Made by a program: the position numbers and the translations under genes. From Patescibacteria group bacterium (GTDB lineage: Bacteria > Patescibacteriota > Patescibacteriia > UBA10025 > JAHIVO01), in assembly GCA_041660605.1 (NCBI GenBank), contig JBAZWB010000002.1, positions 239,940 to 303,939 of the forward strand: a stretch of 64,000 bases of DNA, read 5' to 3'. The notes under the pieces were generated by a model. It saw nothing but the letters and a program-made list of their open reading frames with translations, had not been told where the DNA came from and ran no database searches. Positions 1 to 9,963 of the stretch are shown here, piece by piece. The first letter of the stretch is position 1. Each line of letters opens with the position of its first letter.

Positions 1-1
1 C

Positions 2-235
2 GAGGGCATCTCTAATTTTCTTAACAATGTCGAACAGGCTAAAGCTATCATGGTCCTGCGGGAAAAATCCGATGGCACCATTAAAGGCAGCCTGCGTACC
101 ACGCAACCGGACATTGATGTTTCTAAAATCGCCAAATTTTTTGGCGGTGGCGGGCACAAAAAAGCCGCCGGCTTCACTGTCAAAGGAAAACTCAAGGAAA
201 CTGACAGTGGCTGGCAGGTGATACCGGCAAAATAA
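2..235 (+). CDS. DHH-family phosphoesterase, C-terminal DHHA1 part (5' end lies outside the window)
   Basis: Frame continuous from the window edge. GGGGHKKAAGF matches the DHHA1 GGGH motif of NrnA/RecJ-like phosphoesterases. Confidence 0.55.
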   Translation, partial: EGISNFLNNVEQAKAIMVLREKSDGTIKGSLRTTQPDIDVSKIAKFFGGGGHKKAAGFTVKGKLKETDSGWQVIPAK

Positions 236-366
236 TTTATGTACTTAATTGCAGCCTGCGTACCACTCAGCCGGATATTGGTGTATCAAAAAAATCCAAA
301 TACTTCAGTGACAGCAGGCACAAAAAATAGCCGGGCTAATACCGAACGCTATTAAATTTTATATTA

Positions 367-978
367 TTAACTCAATATTCGTAAAATAACGAAAAAAAGA
401 CAACCAAGAATAATGCCATTGGCTAATTGCCAAACATTATGTTTTTTTAATACCAATCTAGACCAGAACGCCAGGGGAATAAGTACAAATACCCATGAAT
501 AGCTCCAGCCGTATAAATAAATTAGTAAAAATCCTATTATTGTTGCGGCTAAAGTGTGATTGCTGGTTTTCCAAAATAAATTAATTATCAGGACTAACGC
601 GCCGGTAATAATAGCACTGATAAAAATTATAATAATCAAGCGAGGACCAGCTAAAGCCCAGGTAAAAATTAATGCTAAAATCCAGCAAAACAGAATAATC
701 AGTATTATTGGCGTGCGCTCCTCCCTATTGGAAAAATCGAGGTCAGATACCTTGCCCTTTTTCAGCCAAAATAAGAGAATACAAAAAGGCAAAACGCCGG
801 CGATGATTAATAAACCAACAATCCAAATAATACGATTGCTGCCACTGAAGTAGGGCGAGAAAACAATAAGTGCGCCTATTGGCATGATCCAAAAAACCAA
901 ATCAAAAAAACGAGAAACAAGATAGGCGATTTTAAAATTTAATGATTGCATATTAATTTTATGCCTCACAGTGAACAT
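367..978 (-). CDS. Polytopic integral membrane protein, function unknown
   Basis: 203 aa, with multiple hydrophobic helices rich in I/L/F. No catalytic motif recognised. Confidence 0.5.
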   Translation of the reverse strand: MFTVRHKINMQSLNFKIAYLVSRFFDLVFWIMPIGALIVFSPYFSGSNRIIWIVGLLIIAGVLPFCILLFWLKKGKVSDLDFSNREERTPIILIILFCWILALIFTWALAGPRLIIIIFISAIITGALVLIINLFWKTSNHTLAATIIGFLLIYLYGWSYSWVFVLIPLAFWSRLVLKKHNVWQLANGIILGCLFFVILRILS

Positions 979-1093
979 CTGCTTATCAATTGCCGCAATT
1001 ACCGAATATTTTTTGAGTTTCCAGCTGATTTATTGTATCAATATTAAATGGATGACACAATGGTCGAATTTGATAAAGAATATTATTTAATGA

Positions 1094-1128
1094 AAATAAA
1101 AAAGGATGAATTTGCCACTCATCCTTTG
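1094..1128 (-). terminator. Rho-independent terminator downstream of the radical SAM gene
   Basis: Hairpin AGGATGA...TCATCCT, followed by a T-run on the minus strand. Confidence 0.5.
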
Positions 1129-1153
1129 CCTATCCTGATTAACACACCTCGTG

Positions 1154-2140
1154 TCATAGATTGATTGGATAATATTTTTCGCCATAGACGACCGTATTCT
1201 CTGTCATGATCCCCTCGAAAGTCTGAGACCATACGTTTCCAATGGGCAACAACATGTTCTCTCGCTTCACATAAATGTCTCCCCGAATCCCTAAGTAAAT
1301 CGTATGATGTGCGGATCTTCTGTTGAACGAGAAGAAATCGCCGACTAGATTTGTCTGAAGAAAAATCGGCCAAGTCATGGTTTTCATACGTAATTGCGCC
1401 AATCGGCTGATTATCTCATTATCCGTAACTTCACAATCCTTATGCGCTTCATCTGTGGCACAGTACTTAACCAGAGCTACGTACTTGAATCCTTGGTTGC
1501 TCAAATGAGAAATAAAATCGGTACTAAGGACTTCATCAATATTCTCTCTCCTAACGGTTATGGAGGCGCCAAATATTCTTTTGAGCTGATTTAACTGACT
1601 GGCGGCTTGCATAACGTTTTTGTAACTACCCCTGCCCCTTATCCCATCATTTGTTTCTTCAAAACCGTCAAAGCTCAGTAGAACCCCAACATTTGGTGCA
1701 TTTATGAATTGGGAAGCGCCATGTCGTGCGATATCATAACCATTAGTGCAAATAATGAAAGTAAGATCACGATTTTGTGACGCAACCTTTAGAATCAATG
1801 GTATTGTGTCTTCCCTCATTGGCTCACCTCCCATGTAGCCATATAAGCGAATACCGTATTTTCGAGTCTGTGTTAATGTCAGAGACAATAGATCTTCTTC
1901 TATGACTGTTCTATCTTTTCTTAGTTCGACGGGGACATAACAGTCTTTACATCTCCAGGGACAATAGGTGGTAATTTCAATACCAAGAATATCCGGTTGC
2001 GTTTCCTCTTTGATCCTCAATATATTTTTTGTTCTACGGATAATGTGGTTTTTCAAAAAAATATATAGAGAACCCGGTGCAAACTCCCGACAAGATCTAA
2101 TAAACAATCTTGCTGCTCCGATAAATTGTTTAATGTGCAT
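1154..2140 (-). CDS. Radical SAM domain protein
   Basis: CPWRCKDC gives the CxxxCxxC iron-sulfur motif, in a TIM-barrel-like context. Not adjacent to any obvious substrate gene. Confidence 0.6.
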   Translation of the reverse strand: MHIKQFIGAARLFIRSCREFAPGSLYIFLKNHIIRRTKNILRIKEETQPDILGIEITTYCPWRCKDCYVPVELRKDRTVIEEDLLSLTLTQTRKYGIRLYGYMGGEPMREDTIPLILKVASQNRDLTFIICTNGYDIARHGASQFINAPNVGVLLSFDGFEETNDGIRGRGSYKNVMQAASQLNQLKRIFGASITVRRENIDEVLSTDFISHLSNQGFKYVALVKYCATDEAHKDCEVTDNEIISRLAQLRMKTMTWPIFLQTNLVGDFFSFNRRSAHHTIYLGIRGDIYVKRENMLLPIGNVWSQTFEGIMTENTVVYGEKYYPINL

Positions 2141-2229
2141 TTATATCTCCTGTATGCTTTCCAATTTTTATTTTATCCAATTATACAATATTAGTTAAAA
2201 ACTAATTATATGTCAACCTAACTACGCAG

Positions 2230-2257
2230 TTGACAAATCCCCCAAACCCATTATAAT
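2230..2257 (+). promoter_or_regulatory. Sigma70-type promoter of clpP
   Basis: TTGACA at 2230–2235, a 16-bp spacer, then TATAAT at 2252–2257. Confidence 0.6.
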
Positions 2258-2293
2258 GTTAAATACTATTTAATTAACTAAAACTTTCGATAA

Positions 2294-2872
2294 ATGCAGC
2301 TAATTCCCACAGTCATTGAGAAATCAAATTTCGGCGAACGCGCCTATGACATCTATTCTCGACTACTTAAAGAAAGGATTATATTTCTTGGCAATCCCAT
2401 CGACGATGCGGTAGCAAATACCGTCATTGCTCAGCTTCTTTTTTTGGAATCTGAAGACAAAACCAAGGATATAAAACTTTATATCAACACTCCGGGCGGA
2501 TCTGTCACTTCTGGAATGGCCATCTACGACACTATGCAGTACGTCAAACCTGACGTGGCTACTATTTGCGTCGGTTTGGCCGCTTCCATGGGTGCAGTCA
2601 TCCTGTCAGCCGGAGCCAAAGGCAAACGTTTTGCGCTACCAAACTCTGAAATTATGCTTCACCAGGTAATGGGCGGAGCAGAAGGCCAGGCAGTGGACAT
2701 AAAAATCAGGGCGGAACACATCATAAAAATCCGCGATCGAATCAATGAAATTTTGTCCCAGCACACCGGGCAGTCTCTGGAAAAAATCAGGAAAGACACT
2801 GACCGCGACTTTTTTATGTCTCCCGTGGAAGCAAAAAAGTACGGATTAGTGGACAAAATAATCCAGAAATAA
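2294..2872 (+). CDS. clpP: ATP-dependent Clp protease proteolytic subunit
   Basis: Full-length ClpP similarity: [15 protein letters not shown], the catalytic Ser region and MLHQVMGG. Confidence 0.95.
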   Translation: MQLIPTVIEKSNFGERAYDIYSRLLKERIIFLGNPIDDAVANTVIAQLLFLESEDKTKDIKLYINTPGGSVTSGMAIYDTMQYVKPDVATICVGLAASMGAVILSAGAKGKRFALPNSEIMLHQVMGGAEGQAVDIKIRAEHIIKIRDRINEILSQHTGQSLEKIRKDTDRDFFMSPVEAKKYGLVDKIIQK

Positions 2873-2906
2873 CTAAACGTAAAACCTTTTCTCTAAGTAG
2901 TCGAGG

Positions 2907-2936
2907 ATCCGCCCAGGGCGGATATCTCGGTTTTTT
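2907..2936 (+). terminator. Rho-independent terminator after clpP
   Basis: GC hairpin ATCCGCC/GGCGGAT, followed by TTTTTT. Confidence 0.5.
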
Positions 2937-2972
2937 CGAAACTTAACTTTTTCAATCATTAACCTAAAAAAT

Positions 2973-4505
2973 ATGGAAATTCAAAATTGGATCTGGGTCA
3001 TCATAGCAGCGGTTGGCCTGCCGGGCGGCATGCTGGTTGGCTGGTGGGGCAGGAAATTCTGGGCAGCCAAACAAATAGACACCGCCGAGGCCAAACTCAA
3101 CAACCTAATCCAGGAAACGAAGAACAAGCAAAAAGAACTGCTGATCCAGGGCAAAGACAAGGCTATGAAAATCATTGACGAGGCCAAGCTGGAAGCGCAG
3201 TCACGCCGGCAGGAAATGACTCACCTGCAGGAACGCCTGGAAAAACGCGAGAATCTTTTTGACCAAAAACTTATCAGCCTGGAAGAAAAACAGCAGAGGA
3301 TTTATGAAAAAGCCAACAGGCTTGAGGAGGCAAAAAAGGAAATTCTGCAAATCAAGGGCGAACAAATGGCCAAACTCCAAAAAATCGCCGAGCTGACCCA
3401 GGAAGAGGCAAAAAACGTCCTGCTGGAAAACACGGAAAAACAAATTAAGGAAGAGCTGGTGCATCGCATCAACAAGCTGCAGAATGAATCAAACGAAACC
3501 ATGGAAAAAGAATCCAAGGACATGCTGAGCCGGGTAATAATGAGATGCGCTACCCCGCATACGGCGGAAACCACCACCACGGTGGTCAACCTGCCGTCAG
3601 ACGAACTGAAAGGGCGCATTATCGGCCGGGAAGGCAGAAACATCAAAACCCTGGAGCAGCTGACCGGCGTGGAAATTATCGTTGACGATACGCCTGAGGC
3701 TATCATTGTTTCCGGCTTTTCTCCGATCCGCCGACACCTGGCTAAACGCGCCCTAGATAAATTAATCCAGGACGGACGCATCCACCCGGGACGGATCGAG
3801 GAAGCGGTAGAGGCGGCTAAAAAAGACCTGGCTCTGGATATTAAAAAAGCCGGGGAAGAAGCGGCCTATGAGGTCGGCATCGCCGGCATTGATCCGAAAC
3901 TATTGCAGATTGTCGGCCGGCTGAAATACCGCACCAGTTACGGGCAGAATAACCTGCGCCACTCCATTGAAGTCGCCAACCTCGCCGCTCTACTGGCCGA
4001 GGAACTGGGCGGCAATGTCGCCATTGCCAAGAAAGGCGGATTTTTCCATGACATCGGCAAGGCGATTGACCATGAAGTACAGGGCACTCATCCGGAAATA
4101 GGCAAAGACATTGCCAAAAAATTCGGCCTTTCACAGGAGATAATTAACTGCATTGCTTTCCATCACGAGGATAAACCCCCGTCTTTGGAATCGGTGATCG
4201 TGAAAATTGCCGATGCCATCTCCGGCGCGCGGCCGGGTGCCAGAAAAGACACCTATGAGGATTACCTCCAGCGGCTGACGGAATTGGAAGACCTGGCGAA
4301 ATCTTTTGACGGAGTGGAAAAAACTTATGCCATTCAGGCCGGCCGGGAAGTCAGGGTCTTCGTTATGCCGGAAAAAATTGATGATCTGCAGGCCGTCAAG
4401 CTGGCCAGGGATATTGCCAATAAAATTGAAGAGGAGCTGAAATATCCCGGCGAAATAAAGGTCAATGTCATTCGCGAAACCCGCATTACAGAATACGCAC
4501 GATAA
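2973..4505 (+). CDS. rny: Ribonuclease Y
   Basis: N-terminal TM helix, coiled-coil region, KH domain (GREGRNIKTLE) and HD domain (HDIGK). Confidence 0.95.
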   Translation: MEIQNWIWVIIAAVGLPGGMLVGWWGRKFWAAKQIDTAEAKLNNLIQETKNKQKELLIQGKDKAMKIIDEAKLEAQSRRQEMTHLQERLEKRENLFDQKLISLEEKQQRIYEKANRLEEAKKEILQIKGEQMAKLQKIAELTQEEAKNVLLENTEKQIKEELVHRINKLQNESNETMEKESKDMLSRVIMRCATPHTAETTTTVVNLPSDELKGRIIGREGRNIKTLEQLTGVEIIVDDTPEAIIVSGFSPIRRHLAKRALDKLIQDGRIHPGRIEEAVEAAKKDLALDIKKAGEEAAYEVGIAGIDPKLLQIVGRLKYRTSYGQNNLRHSIEVANLAALLAEELGGNVAIAKKGGFFHDIGKAIDHEVQGTHPEIGKDIAKKFGLSQEIINCIAFHHEDKPPSLESVIVKIADAISGARPGARKDTYEDYLQRLTELEDLAKSFDGVEKTYAIQAGREVRVFVMPEKIDDLQAVKLARDIANKIEEELKYPGEIKVNVIRETRITEYAR

Positions 4506-4507
4506 AT

Positions 4508-5305
4508 ATGCTAAAAGTCTTATTCTTCGGCGATATCGTGGGCAAAGCTGGCCGCCGGGCCATTGCGAAAGTCCTGCCTGAACTGAAAAAGAAATACCAG
4601 CCGGACATTACTATTGCCAATGGAGAAAATCTGGCGCACGGCGTCGGCATTACCCAAAAAACTCTTGACGAGTGCCTGGGGTATGGCATAGACTTCTTTA
4701 CCTCCGGCAATCATATCTGGAAAAAGCCCGAGGTAGAAAAAATATTCGCCAATCCCGACGCCCCGCTGATCCGGCCGGCCAACTATCCGGAGTCCAAGCC
4801 TGGCGCTGGACAAAAAACAATTCTTGTTGGCTCGTACCCCTTGCTTATGATAAACTTAAATGGACGGGTTTTTATCGAAGAGGAATTTTCCGACCCATTT
4901 AAAAAAGTTGATGAAATATTATCCGCTCACGCTGAGCAAAACCTGGCCGGCATAATCATAGATCTGCATGCCGAGGCTACTTCGGAGAAAGTCGCTTTTG
5001 CCTGGTATGTGAACGGCCGGGTTTCCGCCGTACTGGGTACGCATACCCATATACCCACAGCTGATGAGAAAATATTATCCGGCGGTACCGCGTATATAAC
5101 AGACGTAGGTATGGTTGGCCCAAAAAATGAGGTTTTAGGGGTGGATAAGGACATAATTATCAACAATTTCACAGAAAACCAGAGGAAAGCCCATCAGATC
5201 CCGGAAAAAGGCGAATGCATAATAAATGCGGTTTTTCTAACAATAGACCCTGAAACTAAAAAAGCTGAAACAATTGAACGTATCAACGTAACAACCTCTG
5301 TCTAA
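4508..5305 (+). CDS. ymdB: YmdB-family metallophosphoesterase (2',3'-cyclic nucleotide phosphodiesterase)
   Basis: FFGDIVG and GNHIW motifs. Sits immediately downstream of rny, the conserved rny-ymdB linkage. Confidence 0.85.
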   Translation: MLKVLFFGDIVGKAGRRAIAKVLPELKKKYQPDITIANGENLAHGVGITQKTLDECLGYGIDFFTSGNHIWKKPEVEKIFANPDAPLIRPANYPESKPGAGQKTILVGSYPLLMINLNGRVFIEEEFSDPFKKVDEILSAHAEQNLAGIIIDLHAEATSEKVAFAWYVNGRVSAVLGTHTHIPTADEKILSGGTAYITDVGMVGPKNEVLGVDKDIIINNFTENQRKAHQIPEKGECIINAVFLTIDPETKKAETIERINVTTSV

Positions 5306-5348
5306 TCATTAAAGTTAATGCGAAAGCATATAGAAGGGAGGTGGAATT

Positions 5349-5636
5349 ATGAATAAAGCTGAATTAATAAACAGGATCGCGGAAAAAATCGGCGTCTCCA
5401 AAAAACAGGCCGAAGACATGATTGAAGCGTTTGAAAACATTACCATTGAAGCGCTGCAGCAAAAACAGGAAGTCACCCTGACTGGTTTTGGCACCTTCAT
5501 GGCCAAAGTGCGCACTGCCAGAGGCGGCGTCAATCCGCAGAACCCTTCTGAGAGGATCCAGATTCCCGAGGTGGTGGTTCCCAAATTCAAGGCGGGGAAA
5601 GCACTGAAGGACGCGCTCAAGAAGAAAAAAGAATAA
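5349..5636 (+). CDS. hup: DNA-binding protein HU
   Basis: HU/IHF fold: MNKAELI...GFGTF...ARTGRNPQT-like arm. Strong RBS GGAGG. Confidence 0.9.
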   Translation: MNKAELINRIAEKIGVSKKQAEDMIEAFENITIEALQQKQEVTLTGFGTFMAKVRTARGGVNPQNPSERIQIPEVVVPKFKAGKALKDALKKKKE

Positions 5637-5759
5637 TCTACGATTTTATATATAGCAAAAAACTCTCTATAATTTTTTGAGGGTTTTTTGTTTTTTATAA
5701 TTTGACTTCCCAACCAGTTGAGGTAAAATGGGTAAAACACTGAATCAGAGGAGGAACCA

Positions 5760-6143
5760 ATGCGGATTAATAAAGTGCTTTTAATGGTTATCGTAATTTA
5801 TACCAGTGCGAGGGGAATTAATGATGGGGAGACACTGATGAAAGTTACGAATAACGAAAAAACCCCTGATATTCCGGTCGGTACGTACATTTTACTGCAA
5901 CTCACGAACTCCACGCATAAATTGCGTGGCGAACCAACTCAATGCATTCCCTTGTTTGAAGCAGCGGAAAAAATGAAAGGAACTCCGGTTCTGGCGCTGG
6001 TCAGCGGCACTCTTAGCCTACAAGGGGGAGATACCCAGATATTTTATAGCCAGCCGAAAGATCTGCTAGCCGATGACATACGGGACAGTTACCATATCAT
6101 CAATACGGATTGCATCCATTTGGATCCCCCGGCTCGGGCATAA
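5760..6143 (+). CDS. Hypothetical protein
   Basis: 127-aa ORF with an upstream promoter-like TTGACT/TAAAAT and a downstream terminator. Confidence 0.4.
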   Translation: MRINKVLLMVIVIYTSARGINDGETLMKVTNNEKTPDIPVGTYILLQLTNSTHKLRGEPTQCIPLFEAAEKMKGTPVLALVSGTLSLQGGDTQIFYSQPKDLLADDIRDSYHIINTDCIHLDPPARA

Positions 6144-6163
6144 AACCGCAAATTTGATTACTG

Positions 6164-6200
6164 ACGCTGTCGTCTCTCCACGGCAGCGTCTCTTTTTTTT
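6164..6200 (+). terminator. Rho-independent terminator
   Basis: Stem GACGCTG...CAGCGTC, followed by T8. Confidence 0.7.
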
Positions 6201-6202
6201 CC

Positions 6203-6234
6203 TCAATATCAAAACTTCGCAGTAGACTGCGAAG
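6203..6234 (-). terminator. Terminator of the TrmB-like gene pair
   Basis: Perfect 9-bp stem CTTCGCAGT/ACTGCGAAG. A T-run follows on the minus strand. Confidence 0.55.
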
Positions 6235-6341
6235 AAATAAAATGGGGAGAATCCCCCGACCTTCGTCGGCCGTAGCCGACTACGGTCGGCGTAGGCCGAA
6301 GTCCAAAAGACGAAGGTAGAAACGAAGGATTATAGATTTTT

Positions 6342-7094
6342 CTAACCAGACTGATCCCAGAGAAATTTGAACCAGGTACGCCAGGTCTGGGCAACTTCGT
6401 GGCTGGCTAAAACAAACAGGGTAACGTCGTCAGCAAATTTTTCCGGAGACAAGCCGGTGAAAGTAACCATCCGATCGCCGAATACATCAACGGCTGAATT
6501 CGTTGAATACTCTTTGGGTAAAAAACGATACTCACCTAATAAATTGTAGGTGGGTTTTTTACTAATTAAAGGCTTCATTTCCTGGTCAAAAAGGTTAAAA
6601 ACCTTGATTTTCTTGCGTATTCTTTCTTTTTCAAACCAATCGGCGAAACTGCCGAGTGCCGGACAGCTCCAGCCACCCTTGGCGCCAAGACAGTAGACGT
6701 CCTGTCCGGCGTTTAAAATGTCGTTTAAGTAATTTTTAAAACCCTCCACGCCTTTGTAAATCACCGCGTGCTCCCTGATTTTTCGCTCCTTATATTTTTT
6801 TTCCAGTTCGGGCAAAACGGTTTCCAGCATGATCTCCTTTGACTGTATCAATTCCACGAGCTTATCCGGATCCACGCCCGCATAAGCCCCTGTCTTCTCT
6901 CCGATAATCTGAAAAATCAGACCCTTGTCAATCAAAGTGCTGATGGCGTCATAAATATTACGGCGGTTAATTTTCGTCTTATCCGCGATTTTTGAAATGC
7001 TCGTTTTGCCCAGCTCAATCACCGCCAGGTATATCTGGGATTCGCTTTTAGTCAGACCAAGGGAATTTAATTTATTTTCAATCGTCTTATCCAT
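6342..7094 (-). CDS. TrmB-family transcriptional regulator (paralog 1)
   Basis: The N-terminal winged-helix domain matches the TrmB N-domain (ESQIYLAVIELGKTSISKIADKTKINRRNIYDAISTLIDKGLI). Confidence 0.65.
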   Translation of the reverse strand: MDKTIENKLNSLGLTKSESQIYLAVIELGKTSISKIADKTKINRRNIYDAISTLIDKGLIFQIIGEKTGAYAGVDPDKLVELIQSKEIMLETVLPELEKKYKERKIREHAVIYKGVEGFKNYLNDILNAGQDVYCLGAKGGWSCPALGSFADWFEKERIRKKIKVFNLFDQEMKPLISKKPTYNLLGEYRFLPKEYSTNSAVDVFGDRMVTFTGLSPEKFADDVTLFVLASHEVAQTWRTWFKFLWDQSG

Positions 7095-7848
7095 GCTTTT
7101 TATCTAATGGTACGGCTGCCATCCAGATCAACTCAAACCATTTCCGGTATGAATCCGCCAAAGGCTGGCTGATAATATTAAAAATAATAATGTTTTCAAT
7201 ATTTTTTTCACTGGGCACGGGAAAGAACAGCACCCGGTTCCCGCAAATATCGCAGGAAGACAGGGTCGAGTATTCTTTGGGGAAAAAACGTATCAAGGCC
7301 GGATCGTACTGCGAATAAACGTCCTGCCCGTGATCCAGCATTTCCTGGTCAAAAAGACCGCGAATCGGAATACCGCGCTTCCGGCAGGTAGAAAAATAAA
7401 TTTTCCTCTCTTCATTAATCCTGGGATCGTGCCAGGCGCCTTTGCCGCCAATAAACAAAACCGGTCTGGCTTGTGAGGTGACGTACTTCCAGAAGTTCTT
7501 CGTACCCTCAATCCCACGAGAAATAAAAGCCTGCTCTTCGGGAAAATGCGCTGCGTAAACCTTTTTTAAATCCGGCACAAGGGTACTTATTTTCTTTTTT
7601 TGATCAGTCAGTAAATCCAACAATCTTTTTGGCTCAGCTGCCTGGAAAAAAGTTTGCCGGTATTCCTGCACGCGTATTACTAATCCCTTTTCCAATAAAT
7701 TTGCCAGAGAATCATATACATTCCGGCGGTTAACTTTGCCGGCGCTGGAGATAGCGGAAATATTTGCTTTGCCAAGGTTAACCAGGGCCTCGTAAATCTT
7801 GGCTTCATTTTTTGGGAGTCCTAATTGCTGTAATACCTCTGTAAACAT
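7087..7848 (-). CDS. TrmB-family transcriptional regulator (paralog 2)
   Basis: Same architecture as its neighbour (EAKIYEALVNLGKANISAIS...RRNVYDSLANLLEKGLV). Overlaps the downstream paralog by 8 bp. Confidence 0.65.
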   Translation of the reverse strand: MFTEVLQQLGLPKNEAKIYEALVNLGKANISAISSAGKVNRRNVYDSLANLLEKGLVIRVQEYRQTFFQAAEPKRLLDLLTDQKKKISTLVPDLKKVYAAHFPEEQAFISRGIEGTKNFWKYVTSQARPVLFIGGKGAWHDPRINEERKIYFSTCRKRGIPIRGLFDQEMLDHGQDVYSQYDPALIRFFPKEYSTLSSCDICGNRVLFFPVPSEKNIENIIIFNIISQPLADSYRKWFELIWMAAVPLDKKHG

Positions 7849-8214
7849 TGAAAAAAGTTAAAAGTATTAAGTTTAATGAAAAATGTATGGAGGGAAGTCG
7901 ATAGTAATAGGTAATAACTGAAAAACCTTGAACTTTAAACTAAGGACTATACCTACTTCTTTAAACTTTCAACTTATAACAAATATCAAGTTATTTATCT
8001 AATTAATTAACAGCGATAAATAACGAACATTAGCCATAATAATAAATAAACTGCCATATAATGGTGCTATTTATCACCCTGTGGTGATATTTGCCACTCA
8101 TCAGTAATGATATAGCATGATTGGTTAACAATCAAGTTAACAATTGTTCCTTGATAGAGAGGAGCTAGAGGAGAGAGAAACCTAAACATAAACAATCCCA
8201 TCAGGAGGGAAATC

Positions 8215-8799
8215 ATGAAAAAAGCACTCATTCTACTTGTAGCCTGCCTTGCTATTGGTATTTCGGCTGGCTGGACGTCACCCATTCAAGCGGAGAATAC
8301 GCTTAACGCCAAATTGCTGCTGCACGGGGTGCAAAAAGACACATCGAGTCACTGGGGCAAGGATGGATGGTTTATCCTGCCGAATCCCGGTTCAAAAACT
8401 ACCCCAGTCGTAGCCGTAGCTGGTCCCAGATATAGCCAGTCAAATTGGTGGTTGGAATTAAACCTTGGCGTTTTTGGTAAAGAAAGCAAAGCCGAAGCGC
8501 TCCTGGACGTTCGCGCCTCATACGACCTCACTGCCAAGTGGAATGTCTGGGCCAACGTTGAATACTATGGCACCTCCAAGAACTTGTATGTCTACCTTGA
8601 TGCAACCCTTAAGCTGGGCAGCATCGGAAGAATCGGCCTGGAAACCGAGAACATGCTCTACGGCGACCATCAGGTTGATGATTACGGTTACGGCCCGCGA
8701 ATCGTCGTCCCCTTTGGCAGCCAATTCAAATTGATTGGCGCCTACCAGTTCCATCCTGGATTGGACAAGATCTGGGCCAGGGTAGTAATCGATTTCTAA
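8215..8799 (+). CDS. Secreted protein with a signal peptide (possible small beta-barrel/OMP-like; C-terminal Phe)
   Basis: N-terminal MKKALILLVACLAIGISAG signal sequence. Alternating amphipathic strands. Terminal ...VIDF. Confidence 0.5.
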   Translation: MKKALILLVACLAIGISAGWTSPIQAENTLNAKLLLHGVQKDTSSHWGKDGWFILPNPGSKTTPVVAVAGPRYSQSNWWLELNLGVFGKESKAEALLDVRASYDLTAKWNVWANVEYYGTSKNLYVYLDATLKLGSIGRIGLETENMLYGDHQVDDYGYGPRIVVPFGSQFKLIGAYQFHPGLDKIWARVVIDF

Positions 8800-8926
8800 C
8801 TCTCCAACTCAATCCGGCAGAGAGATCCTAAAAACTTCTCTCTGCTCTTTTTCCCTGACACTGTTTCATTAAACGGCGGCAGAGAAAAATAAAAATGGAA
8901 CACTAGACAATTTAAGGAGCAATTAG

Positions 8927-9436
8927 ATGAACGACCTGCGTGGACTCAGTGCCGCCAATAAAGTGGCAGTGGCAGAGCTAATGGAAGCTGAATTTCCCGA
9001 AAATTTAATCGTGGAGATCAGAGATGTGCTGATTAAATGCATCCGTTACGATCACTCTCAAAACCGGATTCCGTATGATGAAAGTATCTTCAGCAGTAAG
9101 ATTGGCCTTTTCGAACTGGCTCTGACGTATCAGGATGTGCTTTGTTTCTTGATGAGGATGGCGAATCATTGGGAAGCGAGATTCCCAAAAAACCTAGGAC
9201 CGGTTTTCGCCTCCCAAGCCAAAAAAGAGCTTGCCAGACAATTCCCAAAAATTAGTCCTCATAATCATATCCGGCTTGACGGCAGAGATAGCTTGAGGAA
9301 GTTCTTCGCAACCACCAGAGAACTCGGTAAAATAGTGCCATTTAATCTCAACTTAGCCGGGAATCCAAACGCCAACCTAATCCGTGTCAATATTGCTAGC
9401 TGCCTAAAAATCGACAGTAAATACGTATGTGCCTAA
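8927..9436 (+). CDS. Hypothetical protein
   Basis: 169-aa ORF with an RBS. Followed by a repeat-family terminator. Confidence 0.4.
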   Translation: MNDLRGLSAANKVAVAELMEAEFPENLIVEIRDVLIKCIRYDHSQNRIPYDESIFSSKIGLFELALTYQDVLCFLMRMANHWEARFPKNLGPVFASQAKKELARQFPKISPHNHIRLDGRDSLRKFFATTRELGKIVPFNLNLAGNPNANLIRVNIASCLKIDSKYVCA

Positions 9437-9534
9437 CTCCTTATCCGCACCTTTGAACTCGCGCAGAGAGCTTAAAAACTCTCTGCCCTTTTTCCCCAGC
9501 ACTCAAATATCTTTGGGTAGCGGAGAAAAAGTAA

Positions 9535-9963
9535 ATGATAGCCCATAAGGAGGATGGAGTGGAAAAATCCAACCAACCAGCGAAGGCGCCGACGAATAGT
9601 AAATACCTTGCCCGCTTGTACCTTTTTTCGTCTACTAGCGATTTTCTGGGGGGAAAGCCCTACGCTTACGGCACATTCGTCATGTCGGGTGCCCCTAATA
9701 AAAGCTCGTACCTACCAGCCAAATTTGGGAAAGGCGGCTCGTTAGCACTTACCTTATCCATTTTTCAGGTGATTGTTGGGCTCGTTACGGACGACGAAGG
9801 AGAAGAACACCTCTTGCCAAAAATATGCTGTACCGTAAAGGAGTTTGATCATGTCGGATGGAACAGTAAACAAGCCCACGCTAGTTTACGTGAGAAATTC
9901 ATGAGCTCAATTCCAGAAACACCAGGTTGGTCAATGGGAAAACCGCCGGAGTGGAAATGGTAG
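9535..9963 (+). CDS. Hypothetical protein
   Basis: 142-aa ORF. Followed by a repeat-family terminator. Confidence 0.35.
   Translation: MIAHKEDGVEKSNQPAKAPTNSKYLARLYLFSSTSDFLGGKPYAYGTFVMSGAPNKSSYLPAKFGKGGSLALTLSIFQVIVGLVTDDEGEEHLLPKICCTVKEFDHVGWNSKQAHASLREKFMSSIPETPGWSMGKPPEWKW

Noticed and set aside
1119-1373. ORF 1119–1373 (-) of 84 aa
   Set aside because: It overlaps the 3' end of the radical SAM gene in another frame. No independent support.
2981-4134. Antisense and alternative-frame ORFs overlapping rny (for example 3302–3781 -, 3841–4134 -)
   Set aside because: They overlap a well-supported conserved gene. They have low-complexity translations and no RBS.
6209-6394. ORF 6209–6394 (-) of 61 aa
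   Set aside because: It lies over the palindromic terminator region downstream of the TrmB paralog. It is Pro/Gly/Arg-rich, as expected from GC palindromes.
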